64,000 bases of DNA from Gemmatimonadota bacterium (GTDB lineage: Bacteria > Gemmatimonadota > Gemmatimonadetes > Gemmatimonadales > GWC2-71-9). The stretch spans positions 10,354 through 74,353 of the forward strand of contig JBDHKN010000009.1 of assembly GCA_039586365.1 (NCBI GenBank), written 5' to 3'. Every line of letters starts with the position of its first letter. The first letter of the stretch is position 1. Under the pieces are notes generated by a model, which was not told where the DNA came from, did not search any database, and was given only the letters and a program-made list of their open reading frames with translations. Positions 55,660-64,000 of this stretch are shown here, piece after piece. A program made the position numbers and the translations under genes.

Positions 55660-58600
55660 GCGCTCCTCGCGCGGGCTCCCATTCGGTTTCGCGGTTCACT
55701 CCGGAGACCCCGCCCGATTCCAGCTGGGTGCAGGCGGCGGCCGATCTGTCAGTCCGGCTGGAGCAGATGGAACAGGCCGCGACCACGCTGCTCGAGCAGA
55801 CCCTGACCGATACAGTCGTGCCACTGCTCCATCCATTGGCTGCCGCTCTTGAGAGGGCAGCCGATGTCCACCGTGAGCTAATAGATTCGTCTCTATCCGG
55901 TGTGAGCACTGCCGAGCCAGCCGAGCTGTGGCAGCTGGTGCGCGAGTACCGGCGCGCCGTGAGCGAAAGAGTGCTCGAGCTGGTGCGTGAGGCCCTGGAC
56001 GGCGGCCACGTTGGGAGTGGAATCGGGGAGATGTGGGTAAGGCTATTCGAGCTCATATCGGCGTTCAGTGAAGGTGTGGAAGAGGTCGAGCTGGTGCCAG
56101 AGGAGGCGGATCTGTTCGCCCCGGAAGTAGGAGAGCCTCTCAAACGTCGTTTGAGAAAGGCAATTGTGCGCGGCCATCGGAGAATGGGGCGCGTGCCGCT
56201 ACACTTCACCAACCGACTCCGCCATGTGTTCCGCCGCCCGCTCAGACAGATGCCTGCCCGCGGACGTACCGTGCTCGTGGGACAACTGGTTGACTACCAT
56301 CTCTCGGTACGTGTCCCACGCTTGCTGCTCCCGATGCACGAGAGATTTCAGCAACAAGTCGCCCAATATGTTGCCGAGTTGGAACGCGGTGTGACGGACT
56401 GGTCGCAACAGATGCTCGAGCTAGAGCATCTGCTAGACCGAGCGTGCTTCCACTTCCCTGCTGGCTCGGTCCCGCCGGAGGTTGCAGCACAGCAAGCGGA
56501 TACCGAGTCCGCGCTCGAGGTTGATCCTTTGGATCAACTGCGGCAGACGGCTGATTCGCTCCAAGCTGCTCTCCTTGAAGGTGTCGAGGTGAGAGGCGCC
56601 AGGCCCGCGTCGGTGAGAGAACAGTTGGCGGCCGCTTGGAGTGAGTTGAGCGGTGACGTTCGGGACGCGGGTACCGTTCTGCTCGGTTTCGGACAACGCC
56701 GCCTGACGGTGCGGGGAACACCACTTGTCGACACCGTCACAGCAAGCCAGGGTGCTTGGGCCGAGTGGCATCGCAAGACCGTGAGCCGGATCATACTCAA
56801 TCAGCGTCTCATTGCCCTGCGCGAGGAGCTACTGGAGACCGAGAATGCTCTACTGGAGCGGATAGCCGCTGCAACACTCAGTTGTGTGCAGACCACCTTC
56901 ACGACCCTGAAAGAGAAGCTCAAGCAAGGACAGACTGAGGCGGATCACGCATGCGACCGGGCGGAGAATGGCAACGCCGCTGTCCAGCTGGCGGCTGACC
57001 TCAATGCCGTTCAAGAGCGAGTCTTGCAGGGGCTACGCGGAGCGTTGGGCGATCTGCCCGGTATCGTTGCCGCTCACCAGGTTCTGGCAGATCCCGGTCG
57101 TCCTGAGTGGGCACGCGTGGTAGAAGCTGTCCAGCAGTTGCCCGATCGCATGGACGTCCACGTTCAGCGACCTGAGTCGGGAGAAAAGGTCGAACTGGGA
57201 AGACGGACTTTAGGCATCGATCTGCGCGAGATCGCTGAAGAAGCTCTGTCACCTCCCTGGCCGCAGCTGCTAGAGAACCAAGCTGAACAGTTGCGTCACC
57301 AGGTAGTGCAGGTGTGGAACGGGACGGAGCAGATCGAGAACATAGTCCAATTCAACCTCGGTGCTGCGGTGGACGAGCTGCAATCTACCGCGGGCCAGAT
57401 CGACGCCGACCGATCGGGGATGCGGGAGACAGAGACCACCCCCGAGGCTGCGATTGGCGTCGCGCGCAAACTCGCTGCGGATGCGCTGCGCCGTTCCAGC
57501 GACACGCTGGATGATCTGGCGGTCAAGCTGTGGGGTCCATGGGGACTCTTTGCGGCAGCGGTTTTCAACGCGGTTCAGAGTGACTGGAGAGATCTCCACG
57601 AGCGGGTTGTCTCGGAGGACGTGCTCGAGGGGCGGTGGGTCGATTTCCGAACGCGGCTAACGCGACGTGTCGAACGAACATCGTTGAAGGCAAGAGATCT
57701 GTGGAAACAGGTGGCAGCGCGAGCGCGCCGTACCTGGACTGTTGTCTCTCGGAAGGGACGCCAGCTCATCCGGCACGGACGGTCCGCTGTTGGTGTGGTG
57801 GACGTCGCCGAAATCGAACCCCTCTCCGCACTCGACGTGATCACCAGCGTTGGTGCCATGCGCGAAGAACTTCCACTGGTGTACCGGAAGCTCTTCACAT
57901 TGGGCCCGGTCAGTGAGCCTGCACTGCACGAAGGGCGCTCGCGCGATTTGGTGCAATTGCGGAATCATTTCGAGAACTGGAAGAAGGGTACTTACCCGGG
58001 AGCGATAGTCCTGGCCAGCCCCCTGGGCAGCGGTCGGACGAGTTTCCTGAACATCATCACGGCCAAGTTGTTCGACGAATGCGATGTCCACAGACTGACC
58101 CTCTATGAGCGCATAGACAGCGAAGCCTCCATCGCCGCACTCATTGCAGAACTGCTCCAATTGGAATCTCGAAACTGGGACTTGGAGCAACTGGAACAAC
58201 ACATACGGGCATCACGCCCCACTGTGGTACCGACAGTGGTCATAATCGATGATCTCGAGCATCTCCTGCTCCGGGCGCCCGGGGGCAGTCAACTCATCGA
58301 ACGCGTGCTGATCTTCTTTTCCCGGACCGATACGCGGCTATTCTGGATTGCCACGGTGGGAACGGAGGCTTGGGAGTTCGTCGGCAAGACTGCCGCGGGA
58401 GCGGTGAGCTGTGTCACGACCCATATGCTAGAGTCTATCGATCGTAAGACGGTTGAGGACATCATCGTCAATCGGCATCGACGCAGCGGAATGGCGCTAC
58501 GCTTTGCGCAGCCAACCGACCCGTCGCCGTTGCTACGCCGGCGGCTGCGCCGCGCCCGGACAGAAGAGAAGAGACAGGAGCTGTTGCGAAACTCCTACTT

Positions 58601-59018
58601 CGATCAACTCCACAAGCAGAGCGGGCAGAGCACCATGCTCGCGCTCTTCTACTGGCTCCGGTCTGGTAGCTTCGACGCTGAAGGTGACACGTGGTCTGTG
58701 AACGCGTTCGAGCCGGTCGACTTCCGCTTCCTGACGATGCTGGACCTCATGCACGCTTTCACACTGAAGGCGTTCGTGTTGCACTGCACGCTGACCTTGG
58801 ACGAACACAATCGCATCTTTCGCATGTCCAGCGATCAGAGCACGTACCTGTTCGAGTCATTGCTCAACCTACGTATCATTGAGCCCAGTCGGTTAGAGAG
58901 CGGGGCTAGTGGAACGCTCGCAAGCAGCATCCTGGTTCCCGAGCGGCGCTACCGTGTCCGCCCACTCGTGCTGCACCCGGTAACCGAATTGCTCCGCAGC
59001 AGACATATCCTGTACTAG
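55656..59018 (+). CDS. Large helical protein with C-terminal P-loop/AAA-like domain (degenerate Walker A)
   Basis: 1120 aa, GTGA overlap with mscS. YRKLF..P, GR..., SPLGSGRTS (Walker A-like), VVIIDDLEHL (Walker B). Confidence 0.75.
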   Translation: MSAPRAGSHSVSRFTPETPPDSSWVQAAADLSVRLEQMEQAATTLLEQTLTDTVVPLLHPLAAALERAADVHRELIDSSLSGVSTAEPAELWQLVREYRRAVSERVLELVREALDGGHVGSGIGEMWVRLFELISAFSEGVEEVELVPEEADLFAPEVGEPLKRRLRKAIVRGHRRMGRVPLHFTNRLRHVFRRPLRQMPARGRTVLVGQLVDYHLSVRVPRLLLPMHERFQQQVAQYVAELERGVTDWSQQMLELEHLLDRACFHFPAGSVPPEVAAQQADTESALEVDPLDQLRQTADSLQAALLEGVEVRGARPASVREQLAAAWSELSGDVRDAGTVLLGFGQRRLTVRGTPLVDTVTASQGAWAEWHRKTVSRIILNQRLIALREELLETENALLERIAAATLSCVQTTFTTLKEKLKQGQTEADHACDRAENGNAAVQLAADLNAVQERVLQGLRGALGDLPGIVAAHQVLADPGRPEWARVVEAVQQLPDRMDVHVQRPESGEKVELGRRTLGIDLREIAEEALSPPWPQLLENQAEQLRHQVVQVWNGTEQIENIVQFNLGAAVDELQSTAGQIDADRSGMRETETTPEAAIGVARKLAADALRRSSDTLDDLAVKLWGPWGLFAAAVFNAVQSDWRDLHERVVSEDVLEGRWVDFRTRLTRRVERTSLKARDLWKQVAARARRTWTVVSRKGRQLIRHGRSAVGVVDVAEIEPLSALDVITSVGAMREELPLVYRKLFTLGPVSEPALHEGRSRDLVQLRNHFENWKKGTYPGAIVLASPLGSGRTSFLNIITAKLFDECDVHRLTLYERIDSEASIAALIAELLQLESRNWDLEQLEQHIRASRPTVVPTVVIIDDLEHLLLRAPGGSQLIERVLIFFSRTDTRLFWIATVGTEAWEFVGKTAAGAVSCVTTHMLESIDRKTVEDIIVNRHRRSGMALRFAQPTDPSPLLRRRLRRARTEEKRQELLRNSYFDQLHKQSGQSTMLALFYWLRSGSFDAEGDTWSVNAFEPVDFRFLTMLDLMHAFTLKAFVLHCTLTLDEHNRIFRMSSDQSTYLFESLLNLRIIEPSRLESGASGTLASSILVPERRYRVRPLVLHPVTELLRSRHILY

Positions 59019-59179
59019 GTCGTGATATCTTCACCTGCAGTGGCTGCCACTTGGCCGACTGCCAATCCCTGAGAAGTGGACTGCGGCCACACCTTCCGGT
59101 AACCTGAGAAGCAGGAAAACCGGCAGCTGCGTCCCTGAGGCGGCAGCCAAAGTCGCGCGTGTCATGCATATTGATTTCC

Positions 59180-60127
59180 ATGCACTTTCACGCCGCTGGC
59201 ATTGATGTTGCGCTGTGGATACCGCCACTGGTGGCGCTTATGGTGTCGTTCTTCAGCTCAATGGGTGGCGTATCGGGGGCCTTCCTGCTGCTACCGTTCC
59301 AGATATCCTTCCTCGGCTACACTGCTCCCTCAGTCAGCGCGACCAACCAGTTCTTCAACATCGTAGCGATTCCCAGCGGCGTCATCCGGTACGTCCGGGA
59401 GGGCCGCATGGTGTGGCCGCTGACCTGGGTCATAATCATCGGCACCGTACCCGGCGTGCTGATCGGTGCCCTGGTGCGGGTGGTGTACCTACCGGATCCC
59501 ACAGACTTCAGGTTGTTCGCCGGCCTGGTGCTCCTGTACCTGGGCACCAGGATGATTAGGGACTTGATCCGACGGAAGGATGAAAAGAGAGGCGAAGTAG
59601 GTGCGGAGCAACGGTTCCGAGAACTGGTCACGCAGCACGGCGTGACGCTGGGAGACGGCAGCGTGCTGCCAGCTGTGGTCATGAAGCGCTTTGACGCAGG
59701 CGCCATCTGTTATGATTTCTACGGAGAGCGGTGCGAAGTTTCCACGGTGGGCATCGCTGCTTTGAGCCTCATCGTGGGTGTTGTGGGAGGGATCTATGGC
59801 ATCGGTGGAGGAGCCATCATCGCGCCCTTCCTCGTTACCTTCTTCAAGCTGCCAGTATACACCGTCGCCGGAGCGGCGCTGCTCGGAACGTTTGTGACCT
59901 CAGTGGCAGGTGTTGCCTTCTACCAGGCCATAGCCCCGCTCTATCCGGATCTCTCGGTGGCGCCGGATTGGCTACTCGGGCTGCTATTCGGCCTGGGTGG
60001 TATGGTGGGAATGTACCTCGGCGCCCGTTGCCAGAAGTTCGTACCAGCGCTGGCCATAAAGTGGATGCTCAGTGCGATCATCATCTTTATCGCGGCCAGA
60101 TATCTTCTCAGCTTCTTGGGTCGCTAG
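59180..60127 (+). CDS. TSUP (TauE/SafE) family sulfur-compound transporter
   Basis: SMGGVSGAFLLLP and GIYGIGGGAIIAP repeated Gly motifs, about 8 TM helices. Confidence 0.9.
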   Translation: MHFHAAGIDVALWIPPLVALMVSFFSSMGGVSGAFLLLPFQISFLGYTAPSVSATNQFFNIVAIPSGVIRYVREGRMVWPLTWVIIIGTVPGVLIGALVRVVYLPDPTDFRLFAGLVLLYLGTRMIRDLIRRKDEKRGEVGAEQRFRELVTQHGVTLGDGSVLPAVVMKRFDAGAICYDFYGERCEVSTVGIAALSLIVGVVGGIYGIGGGAIIAPFLVTFFKLPVYTVAGAALLGTFVTSVAGVAFYQAIAPLYPDLSVAPDWLLGLLFGLGGMVGMYLGARCQKFVPALAIKWMLSAIIIFIAARYLLSFLGR

Positions 60128-60374
60128 TCCTCGAATCTCGTTCCACACGGGTGTTTGTCGCCCGTGTGGCAGTCTGGCAACGATCACTCTTCGTCTCTTC
60201 GCCGCAGGTAATAAGGGCTACGACATCGCGATCACCCTCGACTAACAGGAGTGCAATCTCATCGCAAGCGGTTGCCGGTAGAGCTTGTGGCTATATAATC
60301 TCTGGGGGCACCGTCTGGTAGGAATAGTCTCTCTGCAGTGTTGCTCTGCCACGTGACGCGTACACAAGCGTTGC

Positions 60375-61853
60375 TCAAAACTTGAACGCCAGCCGCAGCA
60401 TTATGGCGTTTTCCCACTTGGTCTTGCGGAACATTTTGTCGGGGTCGACCTGACCTGATTTGGCACCGGACACGATGAAGTTGTCGTTCTCACCGTCGCC
60501 ATCTCGGTCACTGGCCGGGGCCCAGAGCAGGACGTCGTTCAGCTGGATACGGACCATTGGGTTTATTGTCCAGTTGAGACCGAGCGTGACTTCGCAAACG
60601 TCGTGGGCGCCGTCCGCGACTGCAGCGACGAGTGAGTTGCCGGTTCCTGGGGTGGCGCCGGTGTAGGCTTGAGGCAGGCTCGAAGAGCCGGACTCAAAAC
60701 CGGTCACAGCTATTGGTGTGAAGAGGCTGCGTGTTGTCCAGGTCTTGGAAACGCGCGCCAGCACTTCCCACGCGCCCGGCCCACCGGCACCGACCAAAGA
60801 TTGCGGCTTGGCGGTGCGCCATCCCTGGTTGGTGAGGCGCTTGGACTCGCCCGTCAGATAGACAGCCGCCCAGGTTGACCAGGAGCGAACCACACCATCG
60901 GTCCGATACAACTCGTCGTGCACAGCCCGCGAGCTGCCCACGTAGAAGTCGTGGTACAGGGCAATGTCGTTGTAGTGGACTGCAAGATACTCAGTGGAGA
61001 ATGCGAACGGGCCGGAGAGATAATGCAGTTCAGCGCCCAACCGGTAGCGCGTATCGATCAGCGCTGCGACCCGATCGGTAACCCTGCCATCGGTGCCAAG
61101 GATCTGTTCGGTGCGCCAACGCCACAGCGCCGCATCGTAGTTGGCTGACCGGTAGCCGCCGGTTTCGCTCCGGGAGGTCGGTGTTGACATTCTGCCCCAC
61201 GTGCCTTGAGCCACTAGGTATAGTCCTTCTAGTGCGTCACCCTCTGACGTGCGGAAGGGCTGCATGAAGAGCCGGGCACTCAGGTCCTTGTAGTCATCCG
61301 TATCGCCCGAGGGGACGTCCTTATCTGCGTTTGCGCCGGTGAATAGTCCCAGATTGTAGGTAAACGCCCCTGCCCACAGGTCCCCCCACAACAGCGCGCC
61401 ACGATCGAAGAATGGCAAGGTCGGGGCGGACGCTCCGCGCTCCAGGAAGTTGAGATTGTTGTCCAGGGTGAGCCAAGAGGTGCTGAACGGTACTTTCATC
61501 TGGCCCAGCCGCAGGTGTAGCGCCGGAGAGAACTGCACGTCGACCCACGCGTTGCGGACATACGGTGCTCCCGCTAGCTCCGGATGCAATCTGAAAGTGA
61601 ATCGCTCGTGAATGCGACCCTGCAAGTCAATACGCGCTCGGCGCAGGTCGATGCTGTGAGGGGCGCCTCGGGCTTCACTCTGGAAGATGCGTGTGTCGAG
61701 GTGGAAGTTGCCACGGATCTTCAGTTGAAAGGACCCGTCAATCGTTTCGAGGATGAAGTCATCGTCGTAGTAAACCCGCACTCCCTGCTGTCCCGAGCAC
61801 GGCACGGCGAGCAGCAGCAGTAATCCACACCATCCGGTGTGCTTTTTGATCAT
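60375..61853 (-). CDS. Outer-membrane porin, OprO/OprP-like
   Basis: Signal peptide, LRRARIDLQG, GQMKVPFS, FLER, TLGLNW, C-terminal Phe. Confidence 0.8.
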   Translation of the reverse strand: MIKKHTGWCGLLLLLAVPCSGQQGVRVYYDDDFILETIDGSFQLKIRGNFHLDTRIFQSEARGAPHSIDLRRARIDLQGRIHERFTFRLHPELAGAPYVRNAWVDVQFSPALHLRLGQMKVPFSTSWLTLDNNLNFLERGASAPTLPFFDRGALLWGDLWAGAFTYNLGLFTGANADKDVPSGDTDDYKDLSARLFMQPFRTSEGDALEGLYLVAQGTWGRMSTPTSRSETGGYRSANYDAALWRWRTEQILGTDGRVTDRVAALIDTRYRLGAELHYLSGPFAFSTEYLAVHYNDIALYHDFYVGSSRAVHDELYRTDGVVRSWSTWAAVYLTGESKRLTNQGWRTAKPQSLVGAGGPGAWEVLARVSKTWTTRSLFTPIAVTGFESGSSSLPQAYTGATPGTGNSLVAAVADGAHDVCEVTLGLNWTINPMVRIQLNDVLLWAPASDRDGDGENDNFIVSGAKSGQVDPDKMFRKTKWENAIMLRLAFKF

Positions 61854-62028
61854 GTGGTTGGTACCTTCTGTGCGAACGAGTTTGCGATCTCCCGATAGAG
61901 ATCCTCAGCAAGATACCTATGCGGCTGCGGCGCTCGACAAGCAGTGGGTGAGACGGGTGTGCGACACCGTGAGACGAGCAGTTGGACTCCGATCAGGGAG
62001 CGTTGCCCAAGAGAGGCAATGTGCGTGC

Positions 62029-62277
62029 CTAATCGGGTCGGCGTCTGTCTGACTTGGACCTTCGGTCACTGTCCGTCCGCGGTTCAGCCGTGTGACGTCT
62101 GACTCGCTCGCGCCGGTCGACCGCACTGCGCCTATCCCCGGGCCATACCACGGTGCTGGAACGGCGTTCCGCGGTACGCCTGTCTTCGCCCGATCTGCGT
62201 TCCGAATCTCGGCGGCGGTCGGCTTTCTTGCGCCGCTGGCGGGCTCTGCGGTCAGACTTGGTTGGCGACTGTTCCAT
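62029..62277 (-). CDS. Small Arg-rich protein with nine (D/E)RR repeats
   Basis: MEQSPTKSDRR...ADRR..SERR..EDRR.AERR...GDRR..VDRR...SDRR..SDRR. Regular periodicity makes a chance ORF unlikely. Confidence 0.65.
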   Translation of the reverse strand: MEQSPTKSDRRARQRRKKADRRRDSERRSGEDRRTAERRSSTVVWPGDRRSAVDRRERVRRHTAEPRTDSDRRSKSDRRRPD

Positions 62278-62646
62278 GCACGGTCCCGTCAAAGCACCAG
62301 TCGATCATTGGTACACTAAACTACGGTCCCAGCGACGACGTGCAACGGGTTGCGGCGGCAACGATCACCCTCGAAGCCGCCAGCTGGCTTGTCATACAAG
62401 TGGATCATCTCGGCTCACCTACGGGGCCTCGGTGAAATCGCTACGTGGTGGACGCTAGCACCCGGGTTCCGGCTCTGGTAGGTCAGACTCGACTGAACGT
62501 GCCGTGGTAGTGGAACAACGGTCAGTGGCCGGAGGCCGGAAAGAAACCGGGCCGGCGATGCTCTCGCCGGCCCATCCGGAGCCCCTCGACCGGTTGTTCG
62601 ATTGTTCGTCACTCCCGCCCAGACCTGGGCGGCAAACTCACCGCGC

Positions 62647-62856
62647 TCAGGTGAAGGCGCTGGGACCGCAGCTTCTGGAAGACCGTCCTGAACCGGAAGA
62701 GCCGGTCAGCACATTCACGGCGGTGAATCCCCGGACGGCATTGGCCGAGCCGCACTCGGGGCAGCGCGGGGACAAACCCTCGGAGTAGGCGGCAATCGAA
62801 GCGCGCACGTCAAACGCTTCACCGCAATCCTGGCAGCTGTAGTCGTATGTTGGCAC
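62647..62856 (-). CDS. FmdB-family zinc-ribbon protein (CxxC_CxxC_SSSS)
   Basis: MPTYDYSCQDCG..F...CPECGS...GSSGSG. Confidence 0.9.
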   Translation of the reverse strand: MPTYDYSCQDCGEAFDVRASIAAYSEGLSPRCPECGSANAVRGFTAVNVLTGSSGSGRSSRSCGPSAFT

Positions 62857-63040
62857 GATTTATCGATCCGGGATTACATGGTTTCAAGTTCTAATAATAT
62901 AATTATAGCAATAAGATTATGTCACCGCAATGGGACGACGTTGGCTGCTGGCCACAGCCGGTGCGGGGATCGAGGGTCAACGGCAGCGCTCGGCTCGAGG
63001 TTCTGGTCGACGGCGCATCGTACGCCGTGTGCTTCGCCCA

Positions 63041-64000
63041 TCACCAGATCGTTCCCCGGATCCGTTGTGCTGATTCCCTGCACCGGTCAGCCTTGTTCAG
63101 GTCGCCCAAAGACTCGTATGCTGCTGCCATGCCCTCCCATGCCGGTGCGTAAGTCGGTTCCTCCAGCAGGCACTGCTCGTACTCCGCGAGCGACTCGAGC
63201 GGATGCCCCGCTTGAAGCAGCGATCCTCCTTCCTGCATGTGTCCCCGGATGCTGTCGATCGCAGATGTGAGACGGGTTGCCAACACATCTTCTTCATTCA
63301 CAACCACAACCGAGCAAGGCATGGATCGAGCGACCTTCTCAGTGACACTCCCCACCAGCGCACGCGGTTGGTTGCTCATGCCCTCCACTCCCATGACCAC
63401 GAGGTCACAATCGAACTCCGCCACGGCCGACAGTATCTCCGCGTGGGGAGTACCTTCCCGCACATGAACGTCCCAATCCACACCGTCGGCGCCACACTCC
63501 CGAGCGAGGGCACTCAAGGAGTGTCGCAGCTTCTTCACCTCGCGTGACGGAAAGCGATCATCCGGCCTCATCATGCGGGCATACACCTCGGGCATCGCCT
63601 CACGAACGCTCAGCAGCGTCAGCCGGGCTTTGAACTGCTTGGCCAACCGGATCGCATTGCCCAACGCTCTGCGGGCCGCCGGGGACCCATCCACAGGGCA
63701 GAGTATGGAGGTTGGTGATGCAGCTTCAGGGCGGGCAACCAACCAGACCGGCTTTGCCGAGTTGCGAAGGACGCGACCGGCGGTGACACCCAGCCGCACG
63801 TCCTGCTTGCGCCCCTTGCTGGCGCCGACAACTATCAGGTTCGCGTTCTTCTGCTCGGCATACTGACAGATGCGGTACGACGCCTTGCCGGTAAGGACCG
63901 CTACGTCTTCGACCGGCCCTCCAGCGGTCTCGATGCCCGCCTGCAACTCCTTGAGCAACTCTGCCACCGACTCCGGGCCAATCTCATCAGTCCATGTGTC
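63041..64000 (-). CDS. Tandem universal stress protein with C-terminal TPR-like region (5'-truncated)
   Basis: ANLIVVGASKG...LGVTAGRVLR..KPV and ILCPVDGS...DLVVMG...VGSVTEKVAR..PCSV. Tail YEQCLLEEPTYAPAWEGMA. The frame is open to the window edge. Confidence 0.88.
   Translation of the reverse strand, partial: DTWTDEIGPESVAELLKELQAGIETAGGPVEDVAVLTGKASYRICQYAEQKNANLIVVGASKGRKQDVRLGVTAGRVLRNSAKPVWLVARPEAASPTSILCPVDGSPAARRALGNAIRLAKQFKARLTLLSVREAMPEVYARMMRPDDRFPSREVKKLRHSLSALARECGADGVDWDVHVREGTPHAEILSAVAEFDCDLVVMGVEGMSNQPRALVGSVTEKVARSMPCSVVVVNEEDVLATRLTSAIDSIRGHMQEGGSLLQAGHPLESLAEYEQCLLEEPTYAPAWEGMAAAYESLGDLNKADRCRESAQRIRGTIW

Noticed and set aside
1..64000. tRNA, rRNA, CRISPR array, IS element or prophage
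   Set aside because: No cloverleaf or T-arm consensus, regularly spaced repeat-spacer array, transposase, integrase or phage gene was recognised by eye.

Overview
A gene-dense, GC-rich bacterial window. The lineage is probably Gemmatimonadota, inferred from gene content only. No rRNA, tRNA, CRISPR array or transposase was recognised. From left to right it holds: (1) the end of a gamma-glutamyltransferase gene; (2) a tightly coupled five-gene cassette encoding an HPr-kinase-like P-loop kinase, a nucleotidyltransferase, a PqqD/RRE protein, a PRMT-like methyltransferase with an RRE-like C-terminal tail, and an 87-aa peptide with an RRxFLK...YAAPVV leader (the top candidate for an undescribed RiPP/peptide-modification system); (3) small hypotheticals, two lytic transglycosylases, moaC, holB and an amidohydrolase; (4) an archaeal-type gatE-gatD pair; (5) PLP enzymes, an M24 peptidase and hsp20; (6) a ~20.5 kb trehalose/alpha-glucan locus (GH65, betaPGM-otsB, otsA-otsB fusion with a degenerate phosphatase, malQ, glgB, glgX, treS-mak, glgE, glgP); (7) a membrane Ser/Thr kinase and a GH47; (8) an SLC12-like transporter followed by an operon of a ThrC-like PLP enzyme, DUF1611/DgcN-like protein, MurL/QueC-like PP-loop enzyme, creatininase-family hydrolase and dipeptide epimerase/DgcA-like enzyme; (9) NhaP, MscS with a large ATPase-like protein, a TSUP transporter, a porin, a (D/E)RR-repeat small protein, an FmdB zinc ribbon and a partial tandem USP. 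All functional calls come from motif recognition by eye. No database searches were run.
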